This document shows positions 17,687 to 26,639 of a DNA stretch of 33,187 nucleotides, one piece after another. The position numbers and the translations under genes are program-made. How positions within the stretch are numbered: the stretch's first letter is position 1; each line of letters starts with the position of its first letter. The notes below the pieces were generated by a model. The model was not told where the DNA came from, did no database searches, and was given only the letters and a program-made list of their open reading frames with translations. Source of the stretch: an uncultured Bacilli bacterium (GTDB taxonomy: Bacteria > Bacillota_I > Bacilli_A > RF39 > UBA660); the NCBI GenBank assembly GCA_944332465.1, contig CALVJZ010000003.1, positions 1 to 33,187 on the forward strand, written 5' to 3'.

Positions 17687-20600
17687 ATGAAATTTCAAAA
17701 ATTAGAAAAGGGAACAATTAATGAAGTTGAATCTAAATATGTAGAAGAGTGGAAAGAAAAAGATATTTTAGAAAAAACTATTAAACATCGTGAAGGTTGT
17801 CCTGATTTTGTTTTTTATGATGGACCAATTTATGCTAATGCTAAACCTGGAATTCATCATGTTTTTGCGAAAACTATTAAGGATGCTTTTTGTAAATATA
17901 AGACAATGTCAGGGTATCGGGTTTTAAGAAAGATTGGGCTTGATACTCACGGACTTCCTATTGAAGTAAATGTTGAGAAAAAACTTGGTTTTAAAAATAA
18001 AGGTGATATTGAAAAGCTTGGAATTGAGAAGTTTTGTGAAGAGTGTAAAATAGAGACTGATAGTAATATTGATGAAGTAAAAAAAGTAACAGATATGATG
18101 GGGCAATTTATTGATTGTGATAATCCTTATGTTACTTGTAGTAATGATTATATTGAGTCTGAATGGTGGATTGTTAATGAGTTAAATAAAAAAGGCTTAA
18201 TTTATCATGGTAATAAAGTTTTACCTTATTGTCCTAGATGTGGTACAGAACTTGCATCTCATGAAGTTTCTCAAGGATATAAAGAAGTTAGTGTTAATAC
18301 TGTTATCGTTCCATTTAAAGTAAAAGATAAAGATGAATATTTCTTAGTATGGACAACTACTCCTTGGACTTTGATGGCAAATGTGGCTTTATGTGTTAAT
18401 CCTGATTTAGAGTATGTAAAAGTAAATTCTCGTGGTTATACATTTATTGTAGGTAAAAGTTTAGCTGATAAAGTTTTAGGTGAAGACTACGAAGTACTTG
18501 AAGTTTATAAAGGTACTGATTTAGTAGGTATAGAATATGAACAATTAATGCCTTTTGTTGAAGTAGAAGGAAAAGCATTTGTTGTTTTAGCTGATAACTA
18601 TGTTACTGATAGTGATGGTACAGGTATTGTCCATATCGCTCCTGCTTATGGTGAAGATGATAATCGTGTTTGTCGTCTTAATGGTATTGGTTTTGTTAAT
18701 CCAGTAGGGAAAGATGGTTGCTACACAACTGGTCCATGGAAAGGTACTTTAGTTACAGATAGTGAACTTGAAATTACTATTATTAAATGGTTAAAAGAAA
18801 ATGATAAGTTGTTTAAGAAACAAAAAATGACACATGATTATCCACATTGTTGGAGATGTAAACAACCATTAATTTATTATGCAAAACCTGCTTGGTATGT
18901 TAAAAATACAGCTTATAAAAAAGAAATTATTGAAGCTAATAAAACAGTTAATTGGTATCCAAGTTATGTTGGTGAAAAGAGATTCCATAATTGGCTTGAA
19001 AATATGATTGATTGGGGAATTTCTAGAAATCGTTACTGGGGTTGTCCACTTCCTATTTGGACTTGTGATTGTGGTCATTTTGAAACAATTGGTTCTAAGG
19101 CAGAATTAAAAGAAAAAGCAATTGAAGATGTCGATATTGATAATTTAGAACTTCATCGTCCTTATGTTGACCGTATTCATATTAAATGTCCTAAATGTGG
19201 TAAAGAAATGAGTCGTGTTAGTGATGTTATGGATGTATGGTTTGATTCAGGGGCAATGCCTTATGCACAATTTCATTATCCATTTGAAAATAAAGAATTA
19301 TTTGCTTCCCAATTTCCAGCAGACTTTATTGCTGAAGGAGTAGATCAAACTCGTGGATGGTTCTATGTCTTAATCGTTTTATCAACATTGATTAGTGGAA
19401 AAAGTAGTTTCAAAAATGTTGTTGTTAATGATATGATGCTAGATGCTTATGGTAAAAAGATGAGTAAATCTACTGGTAATATCATTGATCCAATTGAGAT
19501 TATGAAACAATATGGTGCAGATACAATTCGTTTTTATATGTTATATGCATCTCCTGTATGGACACCTTTAAAGTTTGATGAAGAGGGTGTTAAAGAAGTT
19601 TATTCTAAATATATTTCTACATTTAGAAATGCTTATTCATTCTTTGAAATGTATGCTAATGCTGATCATATTGATCCAAGAGAATATAATATTCCAGTAG
19701 AAAAACGGGAACTTATTGATCGTTGGATTTTATCTAAACTTAATAAATTAATTCGTGATGTACAAAGTGCTTATCAAGAATATGATTTAAATAAAGTTAC
19801 AAAACTTGTAGTTCCATTCTTAAATGATGATTTGTCTAATTGGTATATCCGTAGTAATCGTAGAAGATTCTGGGATAGTGAACTTACAGAATCTAAAAAG
19901 TGTGTTTATTTAACAACCTATGAAATTTTAGTTACTTTATGTAAATTATGTGCACCTATTACACCATTTATTACAGAAGAAATTTATCAAAGATTAACAG
20001 GAGAAGATTCTGTACATCTTGCTGATATGCCTAATTTTGATGCTTCATTAATTAGTGATGCCGTAGAAGAGAGAATGGATTTAGTAAGAGATGTTTGTTC
20101 TTTAGGACGTTTTGCTCGTGAAGAAGCTGGTATTAAAGTACGTCAACCTATATCTGATTTAATATTACCTAAGAGTGATGAAGTTATTATTGGAGATTTA
20201 CTTCCAATAATTGAAGAAGAATTAAATGTTAAAGAAGTTGAATTTAAAGAAGATATGACTGAATACTTAGAGTATATTGTTAAACCTAATTTTAAAGTTG
20301 TAGGTAAGACACTTGGACCTAAAGTAAAATTACTTAGTGAAGTATTAAATAACTTAACTAGTGATAAAATTCAAAAGATTCAAGATGAAGGACTTGTTGT
20401 TAATCTTGAAGGAGAAGATGTTACTATTACAGATGATATGGTGTTAATTTCTTTAAAACAAAAAGAAGGTTATGCATCAAGTAGTAATAATCGTACTTGT
20501 GTAGTTTTAAATACAGAACTTAGTCATGATTTAATATTAGAAGGTCTTGCACGTGAATTTGTTAGAAAAGTACAAAGTCTTAGAAAAGATGCAGATTTTG

Positions 20601-20782
20601 TAATTACTGATCATATTAATGTAACATATCATGGAAGTAGTATGATAAATGAAATGCTTGATAAATATTATGATTATGTAATGGGAGAGATACTTGGTGA
20701 TAAGTTAGTAGAAGATAAAAGTCTTTCCTTCGATGATAAATTAAATGATGAAGATGTAGTAATTAAAGTAGAAAGAGTTTAA
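17687..20782 (+). CDS. ileS: Isoleucine--tRNA ligase, type 2 (IleRS2) with GIHH signature
   Basis: DTHGLPIE, WTTTPWTL, GTGIVHIAPAYGEDD, DWGISRNRYWG, GVDQTRGWFY, KMSKS; 1031 aa; no C-terminal Zn finger; EGLAREFVRKVQSLRK C-terminal domain of type 2. Confidence 0.97.
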   Translation: MKFQKLEKGTINEVESKYVEEWKEKDILEKTIKHREGCPDFVFYDGPIYANAKPGIHHVFAKTIKDAFCKYKTMSGYRVLRKIGLDTHGLPIEVNVEKKLGFKNKGDIEKLGIEKFCEECKIETDSNIDEVKKVTDMMGQFIDCDNPYVTCSNDYIESEWWIVNELNKKGLIYHGNKVLPYCPRCGTELASHEVSQGYKEVSVNTVIVPFKVKDKDEYFLVWTTTPWTLMANVALCVNPDLEYVKVNSRGYTFIVGKSLADKVLGEDYEVLEVYKGTDLVGIEYEQLMPFVEVEGKAFVVLADNYVTDSDGTGIVHIAPAYGEDDNRVCRLNGIGFVNPVGKDGCYTTGPWKGTLVTDSELEITIIKWLKENDKLFKKQKMTHDYPHCWRCKQPLIYYAKPAWYVKNTAYKKEIIEANKTVNWYPSYVGEKRFHNWLENMIDWGISRNRYWGCPLPIWTCDCGHFETIGSKAELKEKAIEDVDIDNLELHRPYVDRIHIKCPKCGKEMSRVSDVMDVWFDSGAMPYAQFHYPFENKELFASQFPADFIAEGVDQTRGWFYVLIVLSTLISGKSSFKNVVVNDMMLDAYGKKMSKSTGNIIDPIEIMKQYGADTIRFYMLYASPVWTPLKFDEEGVKEVYSKYISTFRNAYSFFEMYANADHIDPREYNIPVEKRELIDRWILSKLNKLIRDVQSAYQEYDLNKVTKLVVPFLNDDLSNWYIRSNRRRFWDSELTESKKCVYLTTYEILVTLCKLCAPITPFITEEIYQRLTGEDSVHLADMPNFDASLISDAVEERMDLVRDVCSLGRFAREEAGIKVRQPISDLILPKSDEVIIGDLLPIIEEELNVKEVEFKEDMTEYLEYIVKPNFKVVGKTLGPKVKLLSEVLNNLTSDKIQKIQDEGLVVNLEGEDVTITDDMVLISLKQKEGYASSSNNRTCVVLNTELSHDLILEGLAREFVRKVQSLRKDADFVITDHINVTYHGSSMINEMLDKYYDYVMGEILGDKLVEDKSLSFDDKLNDEDVVIKVERV

Positions 20783-20798
20783 TCTCTTTCTTTTTTTT
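20770..20798 (+). terminator. Intrinsic terminator after ileS
   Basis: AGAAAGAG...CTCTTTCT followed by a T tract. Confidence 0.7.
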
Positions 20799-20828
20799 GT
20801 TATAATAAAAAAAAGAATAGGTGATTAT

Positions 20829-21266
20829 ATGTATCGTAATGAAGAAGTTGAATCTTTAAAAAAACAAATGGTTATTTGTGTTGTTGTATTTATTTTTGTT
20901 TTATTAATTGGTCTTTTAGTTGTTTTTAATCGTTTTAGTTATGATGAAGCAAGTGTTTTAAAAGAAATACAAAAGAAAGAAAGTTTTGTTGTTTTAATAC
21001 ATGATGGGGATTATGATTTATGTAGTAGTGTCTTAGATGAAGAGAAAATTAGTTATTATTTATTTGATATTAATTCGTCTTCTTATGATGAAGTACTTAA
21101 TAAGTTACATATTAATTATGAAGTTAGAGTACCAGCTATTTATGTTATAGAAGATGGTGAAGTTAGTTATAATATTACAAATATTAAAGACAAAAAAACA
21201 GTAAGAGATTTTATAGAAAATAATAATATAGCTTCTATTTTAGAAGGAGTTGAAGAAGATGAGTAA
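20829..21266 (+). CDS. Membrane-anchored hypothetical protein, possibly a degenerate thioredoxin-like fold
   Basis: N-terminal TM; KKESFVVLI...DLC and RVPAIYVIEDGEV resemble the thioredoxin cis-Pro strand; no CxxC. Confidence 0.5.
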   Translation: MYRNEEVESLKKQMVICVVVFIFVLLIGLLVVFNRFSYDEASVLKEIQKKESFVVLIHDGDYDLCSSVLDEEKISYYLFDINSSSYDEVLNKLHINYEVRVPAIYVIEDGEVSYNITNIKDKKTVRDFIENNNIASILEGVEEDE

Positions 21267-22002
21267 TGTTGTTGCACTTGTGACAGGGGGAAGTAGAGGA
21301 ATTGGTAAAGCTACTATTTTAGAGTTTGCGAAAGCAGGAGTAAATGTCGTTATTAATTATAATAAGCATGCGATGTTAGCAGAAGCTGTTAAAGATGAAA
21401 TATTAAATAAATATGATGTTGAAGTTATGTGTATTAAAGCAGATATATCTAGAGAAGAAGAAGTTGAAGAGATGGTTAATCAAATAATTGATCGTTTTGG
21501 GAAGATAGATATTTTAGTGAATAATGCTGGTATTTGTCATGATAGTTTATTTATGGATAAGTCAGTTAATAATTTTAAAAAAATCTTAGATGTTAATTTA
21601 ATTGGTACTTATTTATGTAGTAAGTATGTAGGTAGGGTTATGTTAGATCGTGGTAGTGGAAAAATTATAAATATAGCTTCTACTAATGCAATAGATACAT
21701 ATTATCCAGAGTCTTGTGATTATGATGCTTCTAAAGCAGGTGTTATTTCTCTTACTCATAATATGGCTAGAGAGTTTGCTCCTCATATTTTAGTAAATTG
21801 TATTTGTCCTGGTTGGGTAAAAACAGAGATGAGTGAGGGTTTATCTTATGAACAAATTGAAGAAGAAAAAGAAAAAATATTAGTAAAACGTTTTGCTGAT
21901 CCTTCTGAAATAGCAAAAGTAGTTGTCTTTTTAGCTAGTTCTAAAGCAAGTTATATAAATGATGCAATTATTAGGGTTGATGGTGGTAGATTTTATGGCT
22001 AG
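21259..22002 (+). CDS. Short-chain dehydrogenase/reductase (FabG-like)
   Basis: TGGSRGIG, DILVNNAG, YDASK, VNCICPGWVKT, VDGG. Confidence 0.92.
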   Translation: MSNVVALVTGGSRGIGKATILEFAKAGVNVVINYNKHAMLAEAVKDEILNKYDVEVMCIKADISREEEVEEMVNQIIDRFGKIDILVNNAGICHDSLFMDKSVNNFKKILDVNLIGTYLCSKYVGRVMLDRGSGKIINIASTNAIDTYYPESCDYDASKAGVISLTHNMAREFAPHILVNCICPGWVKTEMSEGLSYEQIEEEKEKILVKRFADPSEIAKVVVFLASSKASYINDAIIRVDGGRFYG

Positions 22003-22045
22003 TTTTGTAGTATAATAGTCATGCATTTAGTTAGGAGTGGTGATT

Positions 22046-23296
22046 ATGTATCAAGAATTAGGTATTAGTAATGAAGTTATTCAATTAATAAAGGAAGCAG
22101 AAGTTGATTGTCGTGAGGAGTTTTTAAAGATTGATAAACAAGCTTATCTTAATAGTTTAAAAGTTTTATCTAGTTTTCATAAAAATGAAATTACAGAGTC
22201 TCATTTTAATTCAACAACAGGATATGGTTATAATGATGTAGGAAGAGATGGAATAGAAGCAGTTTTTCGTGATGTTTTAGGAGCAGAGAGTGCTCTTGTA
22301 CGTAGTCAATTTATTTCAGGTTCTCATGCTTTAAATGTATGTTTTTTTGCTTTACTTCGTCCAGGTGATTTACTTTTAAGTGTTAGTGGTAAACCATATG
22401 ATACATTAGATGAAGTAATTGGTATTGTTGATAATCCAAGCTCTTTAAAAAGCTTTGGAGTTAAATATGACCAAATAGAGTTAGTTAATGATGATTTTGA
22501 TTATGCTGCTATAGAAAAATATTTAGCAGAGCATAAAGTTAAAGTAATTGAAATACAACGTAGTAAAGGTTATTCTACTAGAAAAAGTATTTCTATTGAT
22601 AAGATGGAGAAAGTTATTTCTTTAATTAAAAAAGTAGATTCTAATGTTATTGTGATGGTTGATAATTGTTATTGTGAAATGGTAAGTAATAAGGAACCAG
22701 TTGAAGTTGGTGCTGATATTATGGTTGGTTCTTTAATTAAAAATCTAGGTGGTGGTATTGCTCCAAATGGTGCTTATATTGCAGGTAGAAAAGATTTAAT
22801 TGATTTGTGTGCTGATAGATTAACTTTACCTGGAGAAGGAGCAGAAGTTGGACCAACACTTGGTATTAATAAACAATTATTACAAGGTATATTTATGGCA
22901 CCTAGTGTAGTTTCTTCAGCTTTAAAAACAGCTGTTTTGACAAGTAGAGTTATGGAAAAGTTGGGATATTTAGTGGAACCTAAATATAATGAAGAAAGAG
23001 TTGATATTGTTGAAAATATAATTTTTAATGATAAAGAAAAATTAATACGATTTACAAGAGGTATTCAACATGGTTCACCTATTGATTCTAATGCTTTAGT
23101 AGAAGCCTGGGATATGCCAGGATATACTGATCAAGTAGTAATGGCAAGTGGTTCTTTTACACAGGGTTCTTCCATTGAACTTTCTTGTGATGGACCAATT
23201 AGACCTCCATATATAGCTTATATGCAAGGAGCTTTAACATATGATTATGGAAAACTAGGTCTTATGAAGGCAGTAGAAGAGTTACTTCATTCTTAG
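22046..23296 (+). CDS. ynbB: YnbB / methionine gamma-lyase family PLP enzyme
   Basis: TTGYGYNDVGRD, GKPYDTL, IQRSKGY, VDNCY, GSLIKNLGGG, QGSSIELSCDGP. Confidence 0.88.
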   Translation: MYQELGISNEVIQLIKEAEVDCREEFLKIDKQAYLNSLKVLSSFHKNEITESHFNSTTGYGYNDVGRDGIEAVFRDVLGAESALVRSQFISGSHALNVCFFALLRPGDLLLSVSGKPYDTLDEVIGIVDNPSSLKSFGVKYDQIELVNDDFDYAAIEKYLAEHKVKVIEIQRSKGYSTRKSISIDKMEKVISLIKKVDSNVIVMVDNCYCEMVSNKEPVEVGADIMVGSLIKNLGGGIAPNGAYIAGRKDLIDLCADRLTLPGEGAEVGPTLGINKQLLQGIFMAPSVVSSALKTAVLTSRVMEKLGYLVEPKYNEERVDIVENIIFNDKEKLIRFTRGIQHGSPIDSNALVEAWDMPGYTDQVVMASGSFTQGSSIELSCDGPIRPPYIAYMQGALTYDYGKLGLMKAVEELLHS

Positions 23297-23306
23297 AATA
23301 TGTTTT

Positions 23307-23335
23307 GTCATATTCTTTTTTTTTATTCATAAGAT
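23307..23335 (+). promoter_or_regulatory. Possible SigE (mother cell) promoter for spoIIIAH, overlapping the ynbB terminator
   Basis: GTCATA-15 nt-CATAAGAT; spacer slightly short. The hairpin GAATATG/CATATTC plus T tract overlaps it. Confidence 0.45.
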
Positions 23336-23358
23336 GTAATAAAACAAGGAGGAGTTAG

Positions 23359-23859
23359 ATGATTAATAAACAAAATTTGTGGTTTTTAACATTATTTAGT
23401 TTGATTTTAGTACTTAGTGTTTATTACATTACCATGCCTAATGATTTACTTACGAAGGCTCAAGAAGAGAATGTAGAAGAAAAAGATAAAAAGGTAAAAG
23501 AAACAGTTGAAGAAGTATCCTCTTTGACAGCGATGAGAGTTAGTTTAGAAGAAGAAAGACAAGATAAGATGGATGATTTACAAGAACAGTTAACGAGTGA
23601 TACTATTGGGAGTGAAGAAAAGAATAATTTATATGAACAGTTAAAATATTTAAACACGTTACAAAGTCGTGAAGAAGAATTAGAAAAAGCAATAAAAAAA
23701 GAATTTAAATTAGATTCTTTTGTAAAAATCGATAATAATACTGTTTCAGTAGTTTGTGTTTCTAAAGAACATAATAATCCTTTAGCAAATAATATTATGA
23801 GACTTATACAATCTTCTTATGAAGATAAAATGTATATTACGGTTAAATTTCAAAAATAG
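23359..23859 (+). CDS. spoIIIAH: SpoIIIAH-like protein
   Basis: N-terminus KQNLWFLTLFSLILVLSVYYI matches Bacillus SpoIIIAH; helical region followed by a ring-building-motif-like C-terminus. Confidence 0.82.
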   Translation: MINKQNLWFLTLFSLILVLSVYYITMPNDLLTKAQEENVEEKDKKVKETVEEVSSLTAMRVSLEEERQDKMDDLQEQLTSDTIGSEEKNNLYEQLKYLNTLQSREEELEKAIKKEFKLDSFVKIDNNTVSVVCVSKEHNNPLANNIMRLIQSSYEDKMYITVKFQK

Positions 23860-23870
23860 TTAAAAACATA

Positions 23871-23898
23871 CACAGAAAGTATTGTTTTTCATAGAATA
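23871..23898 (+). promoter_or_regulatory. SigK-type promoter for gerE
   Basis: AC (23872-73)-16 nt-CATAgaaTA; gerE is SigK-transcribed in Bacillus subtilis. Confidence 0.6.
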
Positions 23899-23914
23899 CT
23901 TTAGGTGGTGTGAT

Positions 23915-24121
23915 ATGGCAAGTGGTATTTTAACAAGTAGAGAACGTGAGATATTTCTTTTGTTAATAAAGAATAAAACAACAAAGGAAATCGCAAAACA
24001 ATTACATATTAGTGAAAAGACTGTTAGAAATCATATTTCTAATACTATGCAAAAGCTAGGAGTTAATGGTAGAGCAGCGGCAGTAGTAGAACTTTTGAAA
24101 TTACATGAATTGACTATATAA
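23915..24121 (+). CDS. gerE: Spore coat transcriptional regulator GerE
   Basis: LTSREREIF...KTTKEIA..L.ISEKTVRNHISN.MQKLGV.GR..AVVELL closely matches B. subtilis GerE; stand-alone 68-aa LuxR HTH. Confidence 0.92.
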   Translation: MASGILTSREREIFLLLIKNKTTKEIAKQLHISEKTVRNHISNTMQKLGVNGRAAAVVELLKLHELTI

Positions 24122-24146
24122 ATCGTACTAACTTAGTACGATTTTT
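24120..24146 (+). terminator. Hairpin after gerE, adjacent to a SigE-like -10 (CATATACT) for gerM
   Basis: AAATCGTACTA-act-TAGTACGATTT followed by T residues. Confidence 0.6.
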
Positions 24147-24166
24147 CATATACTTTTTTAGGTGAT

Positions 24167-25126
24167 GTGATGATTAAGACAAGAGCAATTAGAAAAATAT
24201 TTGTTACAAGTTTATCGTTGTTTATATTTTTGTTTATAACTACTTTTTTTCATTTTAATACTGATAATACGTTGCGTACTAATTTAGAAATTGCTAGTCC
24301 TTCAGGTCTTTATACTGATACTATTTATTTACTTAATGAACGTAATTTACTTGTAAAAAGTAAAGTTTTATTAGATGAAGTTGATTTAAAAGATAAAATT
24401 ATAGATTTATTAGATAAGTTAACTGTTAAAAAGAATGATTATTTACCTAATGGACTTTTTACTTATATTCCTAAAAATACAGAAGTATTAAATGTAGTAT
24501 TAGGTGATGGATTAGTTACGGTTGATTTTTCAAAAGAGTTTTTAAAGATGAAATTACATTTAGAAAAACAAATAATATCAGGAATTGTTTATAGTATTTT
24601 AGAGTTGGATAATAAGTTAGAAGGGGTAGTTATTTTGGTTGAGGGTGAAGTTTTTTTAGAATATCCTAATACACATGAAAAGTTAGATAGTCCACTTACT
24701 AAAAAGATAGGGATTAATGAAGAGTATAATTTAACTTCACGTAAAGATATTAATAGAGTAGTTATATATTATTTATCGAGGATTAATAATGATATTTATT
24801 ATGTTCCTGTTACAAAGTATGTTAATGATAGTCGTGATAAAATTAAAATTATTATTGATGAGTTAGCTAGTAGTGTTATTTATGAAGATAATTTAATGAG
24901 TTTTTTACATAGTAATGTTAAATTATTGGATTATTATGAAGAAGGTGGTGTTTTCTTTTTAAACTTTAATGATTATTTGTTTGATAGTGATGATAAAGTT
25001 TTGGAAGAAGTTTTATATAGTATTTCTTATTCAGTTTTTGATAATTATGATGTTAACCAAGTAATGTTTGAAGTTAATGATAATTTTATTGGACAAGTAT
25101 TTAGTGATGGAACTATAAAAAAATAA
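24167..25126 (+). CDS. gerM: GerM spore protein (two GerMN domains)
   Basis: N-terminal TM; LPNGLFTYIPKNTEVL...VDFSKEF; IGINEE; YYVPVTK; second GerMN domain; adjacent to gerE. Confidence 0.8.
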   Translation: MMIKTRAIRKIFVTSLSLFIFLFITTFFHFNTDNTLRTNLEIASPSGLYTDTIYLLNERNLLVKSKVLLDEVDLKDKIIDLLDKLTVKKNDYLPNGLFTYIPKNTEVLNVVLGDGLVTVDFSKEFLKMKLHLEKQIISGIVYSILELDNKLEGVVILVEGEVFLEYPNTHEKLDSPLTKKIGINEEYNLTSRKDINRVVIYYLSRINNDIYYVPVTKYVNDSRDKIKIIIDELASSVIYEDNLMSFLHSNVKLLDYYEEGGVFFLNFNDYLFDSDDKVLEEVLYSISYSVFDNYDVNQVMFEVNDNFIGQVFSDGTIKK

Positions 25127-25190
25127 TAATTTTCTTTTTAGATTTAGAAAGTTTATGATAAAATGAATATAGTTAAGGTTGGTGAGTTAT

Positions 25191-26342
25191 ATGAAAAAAT
25201 TTATGTTAGATTGTGATCCAGTATCTTCTGTAGGGAGCTCTATTTCAAGTTTGGCAAGCGAAGTTACTCAAATTAGTTCAAATGTAAGTGGTTATGATAC
25301 AAGTAATTCAGAGGGATTTGATTTTGCTTCTGCTAAAAGTAGTATTGTAAATAATATTGAGGCTTGCAGTACTAAAATACAAAATACAGCAACTATTTTA
25401 GAGAAGGTAGTAACAAATCATACAGAGACACAAAATAGATTATCTGGTAAAGATAAAGAAGAAGAGAAAAAAGCAAATTCATCACAAAGCACTACATCTG
25501 GTGGATATTCATCTAATGGTGGTGGAGGTTATCATACATATTCTTCTAATAGTAGTAGTGGAGGCTATTATGCTGGGGCTACTTCAGCTGCTGTTAGTGG
25601 GGCAATTGAGACAGCATCAAGTAGTAATTGGAGAGATGCGAAAGTCGACGGAGGAATATATGGTACATCTACAGCTAGTAAGCATGCAGGACCTGCTGAT
25701 ACAACTGGCTGGGGTGAAGATAAGTATACTTGGAAAGGTTATGGTGAAGTTGTTGCTTTAGAAAATGATGGTGGCATGAAAGTTGACTTTGTAGATGAAG
25801 ATGGTAATCTTTTAATTACATCTAAATTAGAAGATGGTAAAGATGTTTTCTATGATGCAGAAACTGGTGAAGTTATTGAAGATTTAGGAGCAAGTGGAGC
25901 TGAATTTTCTGACGATATTGAATATCTTGCTGAGATGCGTGAAAAAGCAACTACTAATGGAAGTGATACAGATTGGTATATTACTGTAGATAGAGATAAC
26001 TTCAGAACAACTGTTTTAACGAAATTAGATGGCGAATGGAAAGTTGTTAAAACATATGACTGTGGTACTGGTATCTGGGGACTTGAAGGTAAGGATGAAT
26101 CTCATACATTTACGGGTATGTGGAAAGTTGATCACAAATCAGCATATGATGGACCATGTGATTGGTGGACTTGTTATATTCCTTGTTGGAATGAAGATGG
26201 TTCTGAAAATGGTCAAGGATTCCATGCTGGATATACTGGTACTCCAGAATATCAATCAATGGGCTGTACTAGATTAGATACATATAATGCTAAATGGATA
26301 TTTGACAATATTCCAATGGGAACAACTGTTGAAGTATTTTAA
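25191..26342 (+). CDS. L,D-transpeptidase (YkuD) domain protein with a helical WXG100-like N-terminus and Ser/Gly linker
   Basis: C-terminal YITVDR...CGTG...TFTGMWKV...GFH...SMGCTRL...AKWIFDNIPMGTTVEV; no hydrophobic signal peptide. Confidence 0.8.
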   Translation: MKKFMLDCDPVSSVGSSISSLASEVTQISSNVSGYDTSNSEGFDFASAKSSIVNNIEACSTKIQNTATILEKVVTNHTETQNRLSGKDKEEEKKANSSQSTTSGGYSSNGGGGYHTYSSNSSSGGYYAGATSAAVSGAIETASSSNWRDAKVDGGIYGTSTASKHAGPADTTGWGEDKYTWKGYGEVVALENDGGMKVDFVDEDGNLLITSKLEDGKDVFYDAETGEVIEDLGASGAEFSDDIEYLAEMREKATTNGSDTDWYITVDRDNFRTTVLTKLDGEWKVVKTYDCGTGIWGLEGKDESHTFTGMWKVDHKSAYDGPCDWWTCYIPCWNEDGSENGQGFHAGYTGTPEYQSMGCTRLDTYNAKWIFDNIPMGTTVEVF

Positions 26343-26370
26343 AAGTATATGAAAATTGATGGAAAAACAC

Positions 26371-26399
26371 TTGCAACAAGTGTTTTTTTGTTGTATAAT
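26371..26399 (+). promoter_or_regulatory. SigA promoter for tRNA-Arg; the -35 lies within the upstream terminator hairpin
   Basis: TTGCAA-17 nt-TATAAT; hairpin AAAACACTTG/CAAGTGTTTT. Confidence 0.8.
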
Positions 26400-26419
26400 T
26401 TTAGTTGTCAGTTGATTAT

Positions 26420-26496
26420 GTCTGCGTAGCTCAGCTGGATAGAGCAATCGCCTTCTAAGCGATCGGTCAGGCGTTCGAGTCGCCTCGCGGACACCA
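26420..26496 (+). tRNA. tRNA-Arg (anticodon TCT)
   Basis: 77 nt cloverleaf: GTCTGCG/CGCGGAC acceptor stem, AGCTCAGCTGGATAGAGC D arm, ATCGC-CT TCT AA-GCGAT anticodon arm, GTTCGAG T loop, encoded ACCA. Confidence 0.97.
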
Positions 26497-26502
26497 TTAG
26501 AA

Positions 26503-26532
26503 AATAAACCCTTGATTTTCAAGGGTTTTATT
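26503..26532 (+). terminator. Hairpin/terminator after tRNA-Arg
   Basis: AAACCCTTGA-ttt-TCAAGGGTTT. Confidence 0.75.
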
Positions 26533-26639
26533 GTTTTTATTTGATTTTACCTCTTATTTACCTCTTGTTTTAGAATTTGTAAATAGTGGTATTTTGTTGT
26601 TTAAGATATTTTTGATATAATTTATATAGAGGTGATTAG

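Noticed and set aside
25501-26277. Alternative-frame ORFs 25501-25761 and 26029-26277
   Set aside because: Fully nested in the L,D-transpeptidase gene; the hydrophobic composition is a frame-shift artefact of codon bias.
26274-26522. Minus-strand 82-aa ORF
   Set aside because: Antisense to tRNA-Arg and the end of the L,D-transpeptidase gene; shadow ORF.
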